Positions 47,741-62,517 of a stretch of DNA of 64,000 nucleotides are shown one piece after another. This DNA is from Tubiluchus corallicola (Eukaryota; Animalia; Priapulida), in NCBI GenBank assembly GCA_030141605.1, contig JAQGDQ010000159.1:409727-473726 (forward strand). Reading direction: 5' to 3'. A model generated the notes under the pieces. It did no database searches and was not told the origin of the DNA. It saw nothing but the letters and a program-made list of their open reading frames with translations. The first letter of the stretch is position 1. Each line of letters begins with the position of its first letter. The translations under genes were made by a program, and so were the position numbers.

Positions 47741-50700
47741 AAGAATTCACAGTCAGTCGAAAGGACAAGTCTGAGTGCATGTCTAGAAACTGCTTCTTGG
47801 GCTGATTCGTTAGATTGCTGTGTTCTGCTTCTTCTGTTAATTTGGCAAACCTAGCTAGCCAGCCTAACCAAGTGGCCTATTTACCTTCGTCTGTTCCACT
47901 GTGTCTGTAGGTCACGCTAGCTTTCAAAACCGAGACTCAGGCCTATCTCGTACTACAGACCTGAGCAACCCAAACTTTATTTCGCAAGAAATGCAAAACT
48001 TGTCTATGCGCGTAAATAATCAGTTTTCATAATTTTCTGAGCTTTGTAATGTTATAGCTCAAAATCAAATGCGGAATAAAGCCCGTTTAGAAGACCTGTC
48101 AAGTGTAGTCGTAACACTTACAAAGGCTTTTTCTCAGATCGCACCTAACTTTTCGGAGCGTCGCGGTCCAGTGGGGCCTGAACCTGGCCTTACACTGGTT
48201 AGGGAACCGGCTACGGTTCTCACCCGCAACGATAATGATAGTGAACCTAATGATCCTGACGCATTCCCAGCGTCAAAATGCAGAACCGGTCACAGTGTTC
48301 GTTTTCAAGGTCAGAGCGACATTGACCTTTCGCGAAATGACCCTGATATTTCCACATCTAGGTTCGATTCTCACTTGTCCAACGGCACAGCAATGGAACA
48401 AACTAATTCGTTTTTACCTTTGCAAACAGTTTATAATGATTCTTGCACGAGTGGGGGTTGCTAATAAAGAGTAAAAGTTTTGCCGCCTTATGATGGTGAA
48501 ACCTGGGAAAGCTACCGAGCTCAGTTTGAACTACTTAAGCAGATAAACTTATGGAATAACAGATTTAGCATTAAAATTAAAAGGCAAAGCAATTAATGTT
48601 TTGGAAACGTTACCACCTGAGCAGCGCTCGGATTATTCAGTTCTTTCAAACGCTTTAAGTCGTAGGTTTGGATGCCAAAACAGGAAAAGCGTGTACAGAG
48701 CGCATTATAATTGACGCGTGCGTCAAATCAATGAAGATTTACGTTAGTATGCGGAACAATTGCGCGTGTTGTATCATCACGCATATCCTGCGGTGGATTT
48801 AAATTCTGCTGAACACCAACTTACTTTAAAATTCATTAACGGTTTGGGAGACCCTAAACTAGCAATACACGTGCAACAAAGTTCACTCACCAATTTATCA
48901 GATGCTTTATCAAGAGCGCTTTCAATCGTATCCATCCGCCTTACTGCTAAACGCACAGCAGAACTTTCTGAAGCTGCCAAGTTGCATAAACCTACGCTTA
49001 GAGCTCATCAACCTGTATCTGATTTTTTGAGAACTGGCAAATTCGTATGCTATAATTGCGGAGGACATGGACATTTTGCAAAGCATTTTACACGAGCATT
49101 GTTGAGCAAGCGCGGAAATCTTCGTGGATTCCAAACATGCGAAAATCGCGAGAGCAGGAACTACGCTTCGCGATATAAACTTAGATTTTGCTCACGAACA
49201 AGCGGAAGATAGGGGCATAGCCCCTGTTCTTGGCTTTTTGCAAACTACTGAGCAACAGCCACCTTGGGAACAAATTTCTGCATTGAGTCCAGAAATCAAG
49301 GCGCTCTAGCAACAATGGGGAGCCTTGCGTGTTGAAAATGGCATTATTCAGCGCCGCTGGGAGTCTCCTCAGAGAAACATTGTACGTTATCAGTGGATTG
49401 TTCCCCGCAATTTTCGGGAAAGCCTACTGACTGGTTTTCACAGTGACTGCTGGTCATTTTGGCCAAAATAAGACCTTTGCAAAACTCCGTGAACGTTATT
49501 TTTGGCCAAGAATGCGAAAAGATGTTAAGTTGGGATCCGCTCTTGCCATGAATGTTGTGACAAAAAAAGGACCACAAAGAAAGCCAAGAGCAATTCTGCA
49601 AATGTATCGCGTGGGCGCTCCAATGGAGAGAATTGCAATTGACTGCTTCACAAAGTGGCCTGAAGTTTTTGCAATTCCGAACCAAGAGGCCGAAACTGTT
49701 GCCTCAGTCCTAGTGAACGAGTTTTTCTGTAGGTCTTCCAGGTGAGGTACATAGTGATCAAAGTCGCAATTTTGAGTCGCGTATTTTCCAGCAATGCTGT
49801 GAGTTGCTGGACATAGTGAAAACACGAACTGTCCCTTTAAATCCAAAAAGTGATGGTCTCGCAGAACGGTATGTGCGCGTCATTTCCCGGCAATTAGCGC
49901 AGTTTTGCAGCACCCATCAGCGTGACTGGGACGTTAAATTACCTCTGTTTGTTTTTGCATACAGGGCCGCAGAACATGAGTCGACAGGTTTCACTCCTGC
50001 AAAAGCAATGCTAGGCCGTGAACTTCGTCTTCCTTTGGACTTGCTTACAGCTCGCCCTCCCTCGGACACCCCTTCTTGCAACATAGTAGAACATGTCAAA
50101 CAACTTGAAAACAACTTGTATGATGTTCATCATTTCATCCGTAACAACTTACGATTTTCTGGCGAAATAATGCGCAGACGTTATGACGTCAAAGCCAAGA
50201 CCCTACGTTTAAAACCTGGTTTTTCAATCCACAGCGCAAAGTTGCACGGTCGCCAAAGTTGCAATAGGACCATACGAAATCGTTAAGCAATTGTCAGAAG
50301 TAGTTTTTCGCATTTTCTTGGAGTACTCCAGAAGTTCAGAGTACTTCCACGCAAGTAGATAGCCAAGAAGAAGAGCAAGTAGATAGTAGAAGAGCTTTCC
50401 GGGAACAGCAATGAGAATTCTTTAGTTGAAGCTCCAGTTTCTTTTGGATTGCCACCACCCCCATACTCTCCGCTTAGAAGCAGCATCTCAGAATCGGAAG
50501 TAGAAACTGCATTGAATTCACCTGCCTTTGTGCCTGGTAATGACAGCCTTTCTGCGCTTGCCCTGTTGCCCCAGCAAAGTCTTACTAGTGATTATTTCCC
50601 CAGCGATCGCATGGAAGCTCCGTCTCCACCTCCTTTATCACCCGTTCCCCCAAGAACTTCTACTCCTACAAAAAACCAGCTTCGCCTGGTCCATTAAAAG

Positions 50701-52221
50701 TCTGTTGTCGAGTGACACAGGGACTGAAGTCTCAGAAAGTGAAACTAGCTCTCTGACGAAGTCTTCTCAGAGAAACCGTAAAAATACACAGAGCGGAGTA
50801 GATAGTGGAGAAAACCACTATTCTTTACGAAGTTATGGAATTCGATACGCAAAGTGAAGACGAAAATGCCGAAGTTATTAGTTGCTAGAATTTACAGGAA
50901 TGGAAATGTCTAGTAAGCTACATAACTATAAACTGTCTTATTTGCGTTTTATGACACTGGAAAATGCAACGGTGTAATGTATTTAGTTTAACTATCTTTG
51001 AAACTTGAATTGCTTTCGCTAATCAATTGTTTTTTGAATCGGCCTCATTTTAGCTTCCCAGCAGCACCTAGCCCATCGTACCCTCGGTGGACGTGACTGA
51101 CAGAGATCGAAGTCAGTTGGTAAAGTATTCGTTGATTAAAGGTAAAGTCAAATCTCACTCGTGACGACTTTCAGTGCTTGATCGTGAGACTGGGCTGTTA
51201 TTCGTTTTTTGTAATTATTGTTAATTCTGTGCTGTTTTGTTCCCTAGTGAATTGTTCTGTTGCCATTTAACAAGAAATTTGTATGAAAGAAATTACTGTT
51301 ATTCTAATGGTTGGTGAAAAAAGAAAAAAATCCTGTTTATGTTGAAAAGAGTACGCTTGTCTTTTAAAACGTTATCACGGCAATTTATGTTTCTCAAACA
51401 TTCTTGTTTCAGTGCTGAATACAGGGCAAATCTGACAGCATTGAGTGAAATCGTCGTTTCTGTACAATCGACGTTCTTAAGTACATGTTCTTATGGAGAA
51501 ACTATAATTTTTGGCGTTGTGTTTTACGTGTATTTGTTTAATTTTGCTTCTGCAAGAGTTTAACTGCAGCTTGTTTCAGGATCTTGACCGTGAAGCAGTG
51601 CAGTGGAAACATTGTAACATCTCGTTTTAACTTTGCCCGTTGTCGATTTCTTGTAGCCGTACCTACTTTGCACTGTCGCTGTCATTATTGGGTATCTTAG
51701 CCAGATTGGTCTGCTTTCGGCTGATTATTAGATTGTTGGAAGGACCGATGGAATAATTTCATTTAATCATTTTTTGTATAATTTGTTAGTTTTTGTTTGA
51801 CTTAGTGCAAACTCATTTGCGACAATTTAACTTTCTATTTGCTACATTAAAGGAGCAGTAAACGTTAGGTGACAACCTTTTTCTCACACTTGTAGCAGCT
51901 ATTAATTCGGTTGTTACCTGATTTACGAACAAATGTGACTTATTCTTATGTGCGTTATGCTTTATAAACAATTGGAATTATCAGTTTGGTTGTATCTAAT
52001 ATTTCAGATGACTTGTGTAATGAAGATTACTTTTGAACATTCAGAATTTATGTAACGTACGTGATTAGGTGTGAAATAAAGAAATGCCAGTACCAATTTT
52101 TGTATTTCCTTAGGTAATGAAAGGAGTTAGATGCATGGTAAACTAATTCGTCATTCTACTAGCCCCTTTGAACATGAGGATAGGTCCATTTGACGACAAA
52201 TGGAGGCTAAAAAGGGGGTAG

Positions 52222-52531
52222 TGTTGCCGGCACGCTTAGTCAGGGTTGGCTTTGCGCATGCGCGTCATTTGCTATAACAGCAGTGAGCACGTAGTTTTCT
52301 ACGTCTCTGTCGTGTTGTCACGTCCACCATGTGTGCTGCTCTTTCCAGTGCCTAGCAGTGATTGCCATTTTGGTAGGTACGGCATAGTTCGAATCTAATT
52401 AATTATCTTTTGTCTTTCTTTCTTGTGCACTCCTTCCTGGTAGGATGCAAAGCGGTCAAACGAAGACTGACTGCTCAGCCGTCTTCACGTCCCTCGACCC
52501 CCTGGCGGCTCCCAGGGAGGGCTCCGCAACA
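52222..52531 (+). repeat. 3' LTR (310 bp)
   Basis: TGTTGC...GCAACA termini, preceded by polypurine tract AAAAAGGGGGTAG (52209-52221). Confidence 0.92.
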
Positions 52532-55500
52532 GTATTTTTATAACTTTCCTTACAAATGGCACAGCTAATATTTATTTGAATTCTGCGTCTGCGAGGATTT
52601 GAGGGTAAGCAGTACACCCTGAGGCGTTGACTCCAGTAACCGTCGGCTACACGCCTGCCGGTTAAAGTTCGATCGATGGAAATCGTTCTGCTCGGTTTAC
52701 CGGAAATTAATCGTTTTTGTTAAATTAAAAGTTAAATTAGCACGCACTAGCCTTTTCCTTAGCAAGTATCAGAACTTTTTCTTTTATGCAGTTCGAACCT
52801 TGCAAGCTAGGATCTGACGCTAATTGCCAGTATCTACTTTATATAGTTAAGTATGACAATAACTAACTCAATATTAAGAAAAAGTCTATGAAATAAGACA
52901 GTGAACCGGCAAAATCTTAACCTTGTGCAAATGCACATTACCATGCATTTTCCATTCCATTCTGCCATTCACTTACTAGCCAAGTTCTTACTTGACTTTG
53001 CAGCCAAGTACACAGGACACCCCGCTATTTCCCATGCCCAAAAAGACAAGAAGGCTCACTCGGCGTCTAATTAGACTAGTCATCCAACAGCACGATTAAT
53101 AAATTGACGGAAAAAATCGCACTTCTTAATGCGACAGCGCTATATTGAGCCTCGTATTGACAAACGGATACGCAGGCATAACAGTACGCATTGTTTTAAT
53201 GCTTAAAAAACGAACAAGTACCTTCTGTGTAATCAGTTTACTAATTCTTCGCCAAATTTACCGTAACAGTAGATAATAAGTTGAAAGACAAAAGCAGGCC
53301 GGCTTGATGCAACTAAAAAAATATGGCGTTTATTACAGTATTACTGCAGTTACGGAATTTTAAATATAAAAAATGTTTCTAGACCCAGTTTATGCATATA
53401 ACTAGGCGTTCGCTTTTCGACATAAATATTTCAAACCTTTGACTGCGTCTCAGACATATTCTTTGCTCGCACCGAGTCAATGGAATCTACAACACTGGTA
53501 GGCTTTTCTTTTGGCAGGTGTCTGTAAAGAAAAAAGACAAAATACCGGTCACAATGCCAAAGGCGCATGAACCAATTATGATAAATAGCTCGTTTAAATG
53601 GTATGGTACTATGTAAGAATATTTTGAATCAGTCATTATTATTATATGTAGCAGGTGCACAAGCACCCAACAAAAAAGGAGCAAGAGAATGTAAAAATTT
53701 GAAAATTTAAAATTTAGTTTTACATAAATGTTACGATGTCTAAAACGGGAAGTTGGCGGTATTTAAGAATTTAATGCATTTGCCTGGGATTACATACCTA
53801 CAGCTTCACCTACAACTTAAAAACTACACGGTTGGAACAATAGACTAATCAGACGGCGTTGTCAAAGATGGCAAAAAATCCTACGGTTTATTCCCTCTGT
53901 CAAGGCGTCTTTTTCTCGTGATGTTGTTGTTTATAATCAGCACAAAGTCTTATCATTCGTTAATGACACTGTAGTTAATACAGCGCTCTAGAACCTACTC
54001 TTTCCTCTGCTGCACATGCAATGTGATAATTTTTAGAGATAAATTATCGCACTTCTGCTGTTCAGCTAAACCGAAGCCAAAATCAACGGTGGGTGCAGAA
54101 AAAGTAGTTATCCTACTTCTGACACCAGTAAACTGAAACCAGATCGGCCCACCCAGGAGTGAAAACAAGGTATAAATGCATAGTAGCCTAATCAAACATT
54201 GGGGAATAAGATTCATTTGATAGTGTACACTTGTGCATAAAAAGTGAAGTGACAACTGAGTACTATCTCTTGAGAGAATAGCCAATGAAAACAATGACTC
54301 ACAATATGAGTTTATGTTTCGCTAAGAATTTACGCTTGATTTTTTAAGTAGTCCAGGACGCTCGGCGTAAAATAAACGAAATACTAGTAATTTGCAGACT
54401 AGAATATTAGCAGAAAAAAAATAAACAGATGTACAAAGATCTTAAAAAGTGCACTAAATGTTTTGATAGTCATGATAGTCGCAATATTGTAACAGCGACC
54501 ACAGCAATAACAAGAGCGCAGACAACAGCAGCTACGTCAGTGATAGTGGAGCGATGACCATGACACGAAAACAGCAATGACAACGATGGCTAAAATGGCA
54601 ACAACAATGGCAGCAACAAATAACAACAACTACTACTACAGTAGCAATAAATCAATAATATCACAGCAACAGCGAAAACAATATGATGACAACGGCGGAT
54701 TTTAATGGAGAGTATTTTGGAATAGAAAACTTTTTGCACGTTCTAGCAGATTAGACCTTTAGAACATTGTTAATGATTAAACTAATACACTACTAGTCAT
54801 TAGAAACTGAGATGTTGTGAACTCATGTAAACTCTGTGGCATCAGTATAAAATTTTATTTTTAAACGTTAGAGCAAGCGTCGTTATCCCTCCTCGCACTG
54901 CAGCGACGTACACTTGTTTTTCGACCTTGAGAAACTGGATGTTTAAAATAGCAGCTTCTTCCAAATCCGATCAGCCTGTAGAATCTTCATACTGCGTCTA
55001 AGCATCTTTTTGCCAGGTTACAAGAGCTTAACTGACGATGTATTCTTGGTGAAGACATGTCTTGTATTAGTTATTACCCAGTTCCTTTACAACTCTGTAT
55101 AGGATGTTGGACAACCAAAGGTGATGAAAGCTTCACTATTTGATGTACCAAACACCAGTACATTAGTGCAGGTATATGAGAATTAAGTTTGTGCTCCTCA
55201 AAATCTACATATTTCAAATTTTACACATTTAAATCGTTAGCAAGGAATTGTAAAAAAGTCAGGATGTGGGACTGAAAACAGAATTTCTTAAAGCGTGTTT
55301 CAGACGTTAGGTTAAAATCACTTGGTAGTTGAAGGAGAAGTACACCTGCCTTATGTTTTATGATGTTATAGTCTACAAACCTGCTACAATACGGTTGTTT
55401 CTGATACGTTTTTGCCGTCTTCAAATTGAGCGACGAGTTACAATCCACACACCGAAAGCAAGGTTTATGGTATATCTGAAAACATTTAACTATGAGTAAT

Positions 55501-57887
55501 AGTGCTTCTGTTTTTCTGTTTTCTAGTTGCAGCTACAAGTGTAACCACATCTTTATTCCTTTGCGTAATTTCATATATACGGGTAACTACTTGTAAATAA
55601 TTTTTATGCACACTTTAGTCTGAAATACGATAAATAAGCGATAAAACATTACAAGTCAAGGCCAACTCCTTCCTCCTTGCTCCTTGGACTCCTACACAAC
55701 GCTCTCGTTTGAATCCGTTTACGGTTATATAAATTATAAATTCAGGTTAATTTATTGGGCGTTAGAACCTTTTCTCTATTACTACAGCCGGCAGTTTATT
55801 TGCGCCACTGTATCTTGCGTTAATAGTTTAACAATACTCCCAAATGTAATCTTCGAAAAGCAAAAGCACCGTTTACTAAAATACTGTATTTTGCAATGGT
55901 ATCTCTATGCATTCACAAAAAGTTATTTTTAAAAACAACTTCTTGAGTATCAATATCTTTCCTACCCCTTTGAACACCCAAAATGGTTAGGGCGAAAAAG
56001 TGTTTGCGCAAGAGTTCAAGGTTGCAATAAGAAGCCGTGTAAACATTTTGAGTTAGATTATTAACTTGGAGGACTTGCTTCACGTGATAACTGCAGCTGT
56101 TAGCAGCAAGTGCAGCTGCGACAGCTGGAATTAAGAAACCATGACATTACAGCTTACTTGACGAGAACTCACGCTCGACAAGTACAAAGTATGAGAAGCA
56201 GGAGACAAGGTGAAAAAATCTGAGGAAAGCCAGAGTGGCTGCGAATTAAAACGGATTCCAAACACGTATATACAGTTGTAGCATATAAACAAGTTTGATA
56301 GTTAGTCCTTACTGTTGGGTAGAACATTACATCGGTAATGCAACGACACACTGAAGTTTTACTATTAAATGGTTCAACAGTTAAAGTGTAAAGTATAAAC
56401 AGAGGTTGAAATTCTGAGCCTAAAAATAACCAAACAATGGAATCAGAAAAAGCTCAATGAAAATCAGATGTTTAAATCATTCTTTAATGACACTTTTTCG
56501 TTATCCCAATTAAGCCGTTCTAATAAAATTCGGCACAGTTTTTATTTACCTACATTTTATCTTTTCTGAGTAGGTAGAACGCCGCGGAGGAGTACTCCAA
56601 GGAGTTGAAACTTGCTTATTAATTGCAACAGTTGTATCAGGATGATCGGAGAACAGAATTTTTCGGAATAAAATTGTAACACAAATGCTTTTTCTGTTTT
56701 CTGAATGGCTGTTCTGCAATGTTACAGAAAAATTCTCTCCCCCATCAAATGGCCTTGAGGAAAATTTTTAGGGCCGATTTCTTTAGGACCGCTTCACCCA
56801 GCACTAGCTTTAGCAACCATGTCGTTACTGACCTTTTTATTAGTATCTAATGCCATTTAGCTTAGGTTAATGACTAATATGTGACTAATAATATAAAATG
56901 TTATTCTCATAAATTAGTTGCCATGATTACTGTTCATCTTAGCAAAGGGCAGCATTAGCTACAGGGTATCAACAAGTACATTTCTAAGCAATTTTGAGAC
57001 GGGACGGTTTTTTGGGTAGTGCACCCTGATGTACTATCTACAATTTTTTTCTACTACTATTCAGATTATCACAATGGCGCACAGCATAATACACTGTACT
57101 AACAAAGTCAATTCTCAATGCATGGCACAGCATTGTATAGTTTTATCCTCGCCATGCACAATTTGTACATTTTCAAGTGCTTGTCTAGGCCTAAAATTCT
57201 AAAATTAAACCAGCCCAATAATTTTCCCTAAGGCCAATTTATGCTGCGCTAACATACTTATTCAGAAAAAAAAACAAAAAGCATTTTTGTTGCAATTAAG
57301 TTCCACAGATCGGGAATTTAGCAGTATTCCAAAATTAACCCATATAGTAGGGGCATCTCTGTCACACATTGTGCTTTTGTTTATCTTCAAATAACCTTTG
57401 TTATTTGGAGGGTTAGCAAAAAACTAAATTTTACTATTCAGCAGTAAATATTTTCCACATTCTCGCAAAATTTATTTGTCTTGGAAAGAGGGCTCGCTAA
57501 ATTAGTAGATTTGGAGGTGACCCTATTTTAGATTATAGGAACCGCAAGCTATTGGCTTTTTTTTTGAAGAACACAGTGCCTATATTTTCAAGTGACTGTG
57601 AAAATACCCCCTAATTATTATTGCTGGCATTTTGCCGCATACCAACAGCCTGCAAAATGCCCGCTTCAGTTAGCCAGATTTCAAAACCTGTGGTAGTCAT
57701 CCGATTTCTCCCTTCGGATGTGTTTTGATTAGTTTTCAAGCTTTAAAACAGACTGAAAGAAATCATGAACATTTGGTGGGTAGAAGGCCTGAAAGGCAGA
57801 AAGCGTTGTGCCTATCCAACTTAAGCAATAATTCTTCAGCACTTCACTTTTTCGTAAATATAATTCGATGCTAACTTATTTGCTGCT

Positions 57888-58120
57888 CTTTCTTTCCTGT
57901 TTTTCTTTCTTTCCTTCCTTCTTTCTTCCATTCTTTGTCCTTCTTGTTTTTTTCCCGTATTTCTTTCTTTCGTTTCTTATTTTCTGCTTTTTATTATCAT
58001 TCAACGTTTTTATGATTCTTCTTTTCTGATTTATTCTTCTTTCTTCGTTTTTCTTTTCTCTTTCCGTTCTTTTTTCTCTCTATTTTTTGTTACTTTTTCT
58101 CAGTGTCACTTCTTTCTTTT
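57888..58120. repeat. Pyrimidine-rich (TTC/TTTC) low-complexity tract
   Basis: About 230 bp that is mostly T/C on the + strand. Confidence 0.75.
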
Positions 58121-61100
58121 TCATAAACGGTTCATTATTCCATTATGTTTACTAATCTTTATGTCACTTACAATGCACGCCAAAACTATGCAGTGCCCTT
58201 ACTGCACAAACTACCAGGAGACTGAACTACGCATGCGAGAGTTGAATATAAACTTATAAACTTAGAGGAAACTTTTAAAAGCCCTGGAATTTAATCGGTG
58301 CTATTAAATTAGAAAAGTAATCTTTATAAATTCGGATGTATTACACTTTTCTCGATAATACAATTTGAAACAACTTGTGATATAACACTACATATGTTGT
58401 AATGATTATGTCAACCAGCAATTACTTTGTTTCGAGAAATAAAGGCATTAGTTATTAGAATTATTGTAAAAATTACCACTACAATATGGATCAATTCTAA
58501 TGAAAACATATCGCCATTCATTAACTATACCCACCATGTCTAAGTAGCTCAACTGCTCCATGGGGTAAACTGTTTTGTCGCATTTCACACACTTCATTTT
58601 TACTCTTAAATATATAATCGCTCAGTTTTAGAACAAAAAACAGTCCTTTCCCAGTCCTTCCTGTACAAGCTGCGCCAGAGTATAGAGCGGTAAACACTTC
58701 TCTGCGATGACTTTTGGGATAGATACTTGATTCCTTTAAGGGAGTAGGAGGGCCTGTGACCATGTGACGTTCAGTTGCGTTTTTGTTCTACCTCCTTACA
58801 TGCTGACGTGTATAAATAGGTATATTTCTCTTAGTGGGCTACAATCTTGATCATCCAGTCATTCACTCATTCGCTCCTTCATTCAAAGGCAAAGCACTAA
58901 TCTAATTTATTGTAACTAATTACAACAAAAATATTTCTTTCACTTTGATGCCTATACATTTTCGTTTCTGGAACGATTTAAAAACCAAATTTCGACACAA
59001 CACGGTGGTTTTCTGCAGTTAGTTATTGAACACCAAGAGGGCGTGCTCGACAACTCAAAAGAGAGGTTCAGAGTTTTTGTGAAATATTTTTAAGTTGTTT
59101 TAATCTAAAACGAACGCAACATATTTTGACATAGATTTAGAGTGCTTCCTGATGGCTTGCATACGCTCTTAATTAGCAGCCAAAAGAACCTTGTAGCGCA
59201 GAGATGTTGAGGAGCGGCGATGCTTCTCCAATAAGGAGGAGATTGTTAGCGCTTTTCTAACGAGATTCTCTACGCCCTGATACTTGCGCATCATTCGTAT
59301 TTCTCTGGATGACATTAGAATTGAATGACCACTTGATTATGTTCGTAGACTGAGAAGACCTGAGGTTATAATCTGCGCTGTTGATCTTAGAAAAAGCATT
59401 GGTCTGCAAGGTGTGGTTAACAAAAGTTGTTTGGATAATACAAAACTGTGCAGTAGGCAAACACATATACGTTTATTTTCTCTATTTATTCTCTATCTCG
59501 ATTTTTGTCCTGTATGTTTTTCTTTTTCGGCAGAACTCCTTCACCATTGTAAAACGACCCGGGAATGGTCTGTAGCTCACCTTTTCTCGTTGCCATTGGA
59601 ACAGCAGTGGTGCCAATGGTTTCAACTAGTTGCCGTTGCTGCTGCCGTTGCTTATGCTGATACCTCACTGTCACCGTTGCAGCTGTTGCAGTTATTGTTG
59701 TTGCGGCTGCTGTTACTCCTGACATCACTGCCGCTGTTGAGACTATTTCATGTTAATTCTACATACTTTTCAAATTACATTATTTGCATATTATTAACGA
59801 AGTTTTGTTAAGTGATGGCAAATTAATTCAGTGATGCAAATTTCACTACCAAGGTAGTCCTCGTAAAAAGATGAATCGTTCATAACCTTCAAAAAATTAA
59901 AAAGCATTTAATTAGTTGCATCTATTGTAAGGTGTTAAATTATCCATCACAAACTCTTTGTGCAGTATTTTATTGTTTGCAATGTGTGTCATTTTCTATG
60001 TGATGTCTAGTCAATTCCAATCAAATTTGTTATGATTTCGGTTACTCGTTTCTCGAATTCTTGAAAGTAAGCAAAAAGTTTGTAACTATGATTTCTATCA
60101 TATTGCGCATGGGTTAAATTTTAAGGAGGGTGTAAAGGCCATCGCAAGCACAGCATACCGTATTTGAAAGCTGTACCGATGTTGTTTACAAGAGCATCTC
60201 ATTCCAGTAATAGACTGCAGAACTGTGTCGTTTTGAGAAGCCAAGAATTTTGTACAGGCTTCATTTAAAACAAGGAGCTCGTTTAATGAAGTTTGTTAAC
60301 AACAGAGAGCACCACATGCTTGCATGGAACTCTCAAAGTCGATCAAGAGACCAAGGAGTAACCATAGATTTAAACACTAAGAGATTACCCAATGACTTGG
60401 TTAAGTTAATGTGAATAATTAATGCCAGTTATAAAATTAAGAATGACATTATGATGCAGGACTGGCTTTCAGCATTACATCACCAACTCCATACTCATAA
60501 GTCTAAAATAATTGTGGCACTTAAGGAAGGACGTTGTTTTTAAATCAATAAAAAGACCAGGAAAAAAGTAACGAAATCATAAAAAATCGTTTTAAAAGTT
60601 TTGTAAAACTTTTACGACATTCTGAATGCATTTCTGTAAAATTTAATTATTGGTCCTAGACATGTAAAGTAGTGCATTGGATAGTCAGGTTTTTAAATGA
60701 TGCTGGGTACCCAATATTCCCACACTTGGGATTTTCTTTCTTTGGCATAAAAACTTTCTAGGACAATTTTTGATAGTATATTGTTTTACATAATTCCAAA
60801 TTGTTAATCAAAAGATGCATGCAGGAGCTTTTTAAAACCCTTTATCATATCAATTTTCTACGCACTTTTTTCTTTTATTTTCCACTTTTTTATTAGCAAT
60901 TAAAGTAGAACGTTATAGTTAGTTCATTATCTAAATAATGTTGGTTCGTCACCATGTCATTAATCTCATGAAACGTCTACATGAGAAAAGATAACATCTA
61001 GAAAGATATGTAAAAGTGAACATGTCTTACAGAGTTTTCCGTAAAGACATCATGTAAAAATGCTAAAAGGGATTTATAAAATACCTAAGAGCGTTTGAAT

Positions 61101-62517
61101 TACGAAGAATTATATCAACAATTAGATATTGAAAAAAAACTATAATAGTAATGTTGCCCCAAGACAGTGCTTAAAATTGTAGTACGGCAGTATATTCTAA
61201 TTGCTCTACCAATTTAATAACTAGGCACAAGAATGTAACAGGCTTATAAACATAACACATGTTGTTTCCCATTTCATTACAGTTCAAACAATCAATCGCA
61301 ATGTTCTTAACTTATTTTTTCACCAAATATTAACAGAAAATGTTTTTACAACACCCACACCCCATGTGTGTCTAATCTATTTGCTGATCCTTTTCTGCTT
61401 ACCTGCCTACCTTAAATTAACTAACAGACAAATAGACTAAAAGACGTTCATTTCTAATCAGGCTTGATAAAATCACGACGAGAACATAGGAGCGGACTCC
61501 ACGGGACTATGAAAGCAGCTATATACTAGCATACCTTATTACTTATGCAAACTCTCATCCTTACAAAGTTCATTTCTGGTTTAAGTAAAGCAACCCTGTA
61601 AATGCGATTTCAGAACCCAATCTGTGCAACCAGAATTAATTTAAAATGCGCCAAAAAGGCTTTAACAGTCGGGGTGACTCTAGGTTCGAAAACAGCTTAG
61701 ATCAGCCTTCTGAAAAGCGTGAAAAGTAAATGCCATCTTTTCTTTCCATTGATGTGCACGTCAGCAATGATGCTAATCGGCCAAGAACAGCTACCTGCCG
61801 GTTGCTATGGTAACCAGATAGTAGACATGGGCAAATGTAAGGTGACACATCCAGCGAGTCGCGAGGAAGCTGCATAAACAATACCCGCAGCAAACAGTCG
61901 GATTGATCTAGCTGACAAGATTTTTAAAGCGCCTGAGATTTGTGTTGCACGAAAGGTACGTGAAGTGAAATTGAACAATCTAACGAACTTTTTGATTTGA
62001 AGTCAGTACAGGTATTGATCTTTTTACCTGAATTCTTTGTCACCTGATCACGCAGACGTCTGTTGCACATCAAGGTATGCTTATAAATTCTAATATCTGT
62101 GTATGTAACAATTACAGCTACCTCAGTTGCTTACAAAGCCTAGTGGGAGTCCACAAATGTATCATATGTAAAAATGTGTAAAAGTTACTTAACATCATGT
62201 GTTACTATCATTAGGAAAAATAATTAATTACTACTAATATTTTAAGTTTTAATTTTAAATAGTCTTGAACTATGTATGGTACATAACTTAACTGTTAACG
62301 GGTTGTTATATTAATCAGTAGTCATTTTACGTAAGAAAAAGTGCTAAAACCAGTATTACGTACGAAAAAGTATATTGTTAATTTAATTCGATTAATTGAA
62401 AATCTTATTTCCACAAAATGGATAGTTTTAGAAACTGCAGAGCGTTTAAATACTAAGCAATTTTTCATGCCGCTGATTTTTTAGAGTGGTGCAAAGAAAC
62501 ACTAAACGTGTGACGTC

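Larger units (their letters stand above)
47441..52531 (+). mobile_element. Ty3/Gypsy LTR retrotransposon, non-autonomous (gag and integrase remnants; no PR/RT/RH)
   Basis: Direct LTRs, PBS and PPT. Gag remnants PPYDGETWESYRAQFE, KFINGL and knuckle CYNCGGHGHFAKH. Integrase remnants GHFGQNKT..YFWPRM, PMERIAID, TKWPEVFAIPNQEAETVA and PKSDGLAER..ESTGFTP..GRELRLPLD, with stops and frameshifts. Confidence 0.93.

Noticed and set aside
54940-60500. Scattered possible LINE remnants (~54940-55200, 59000-59480, 60100-60500; also ~33130-33420)
   Set aside because: Too decayed to assign family or boundaries by eye; needs RepeatMasker.
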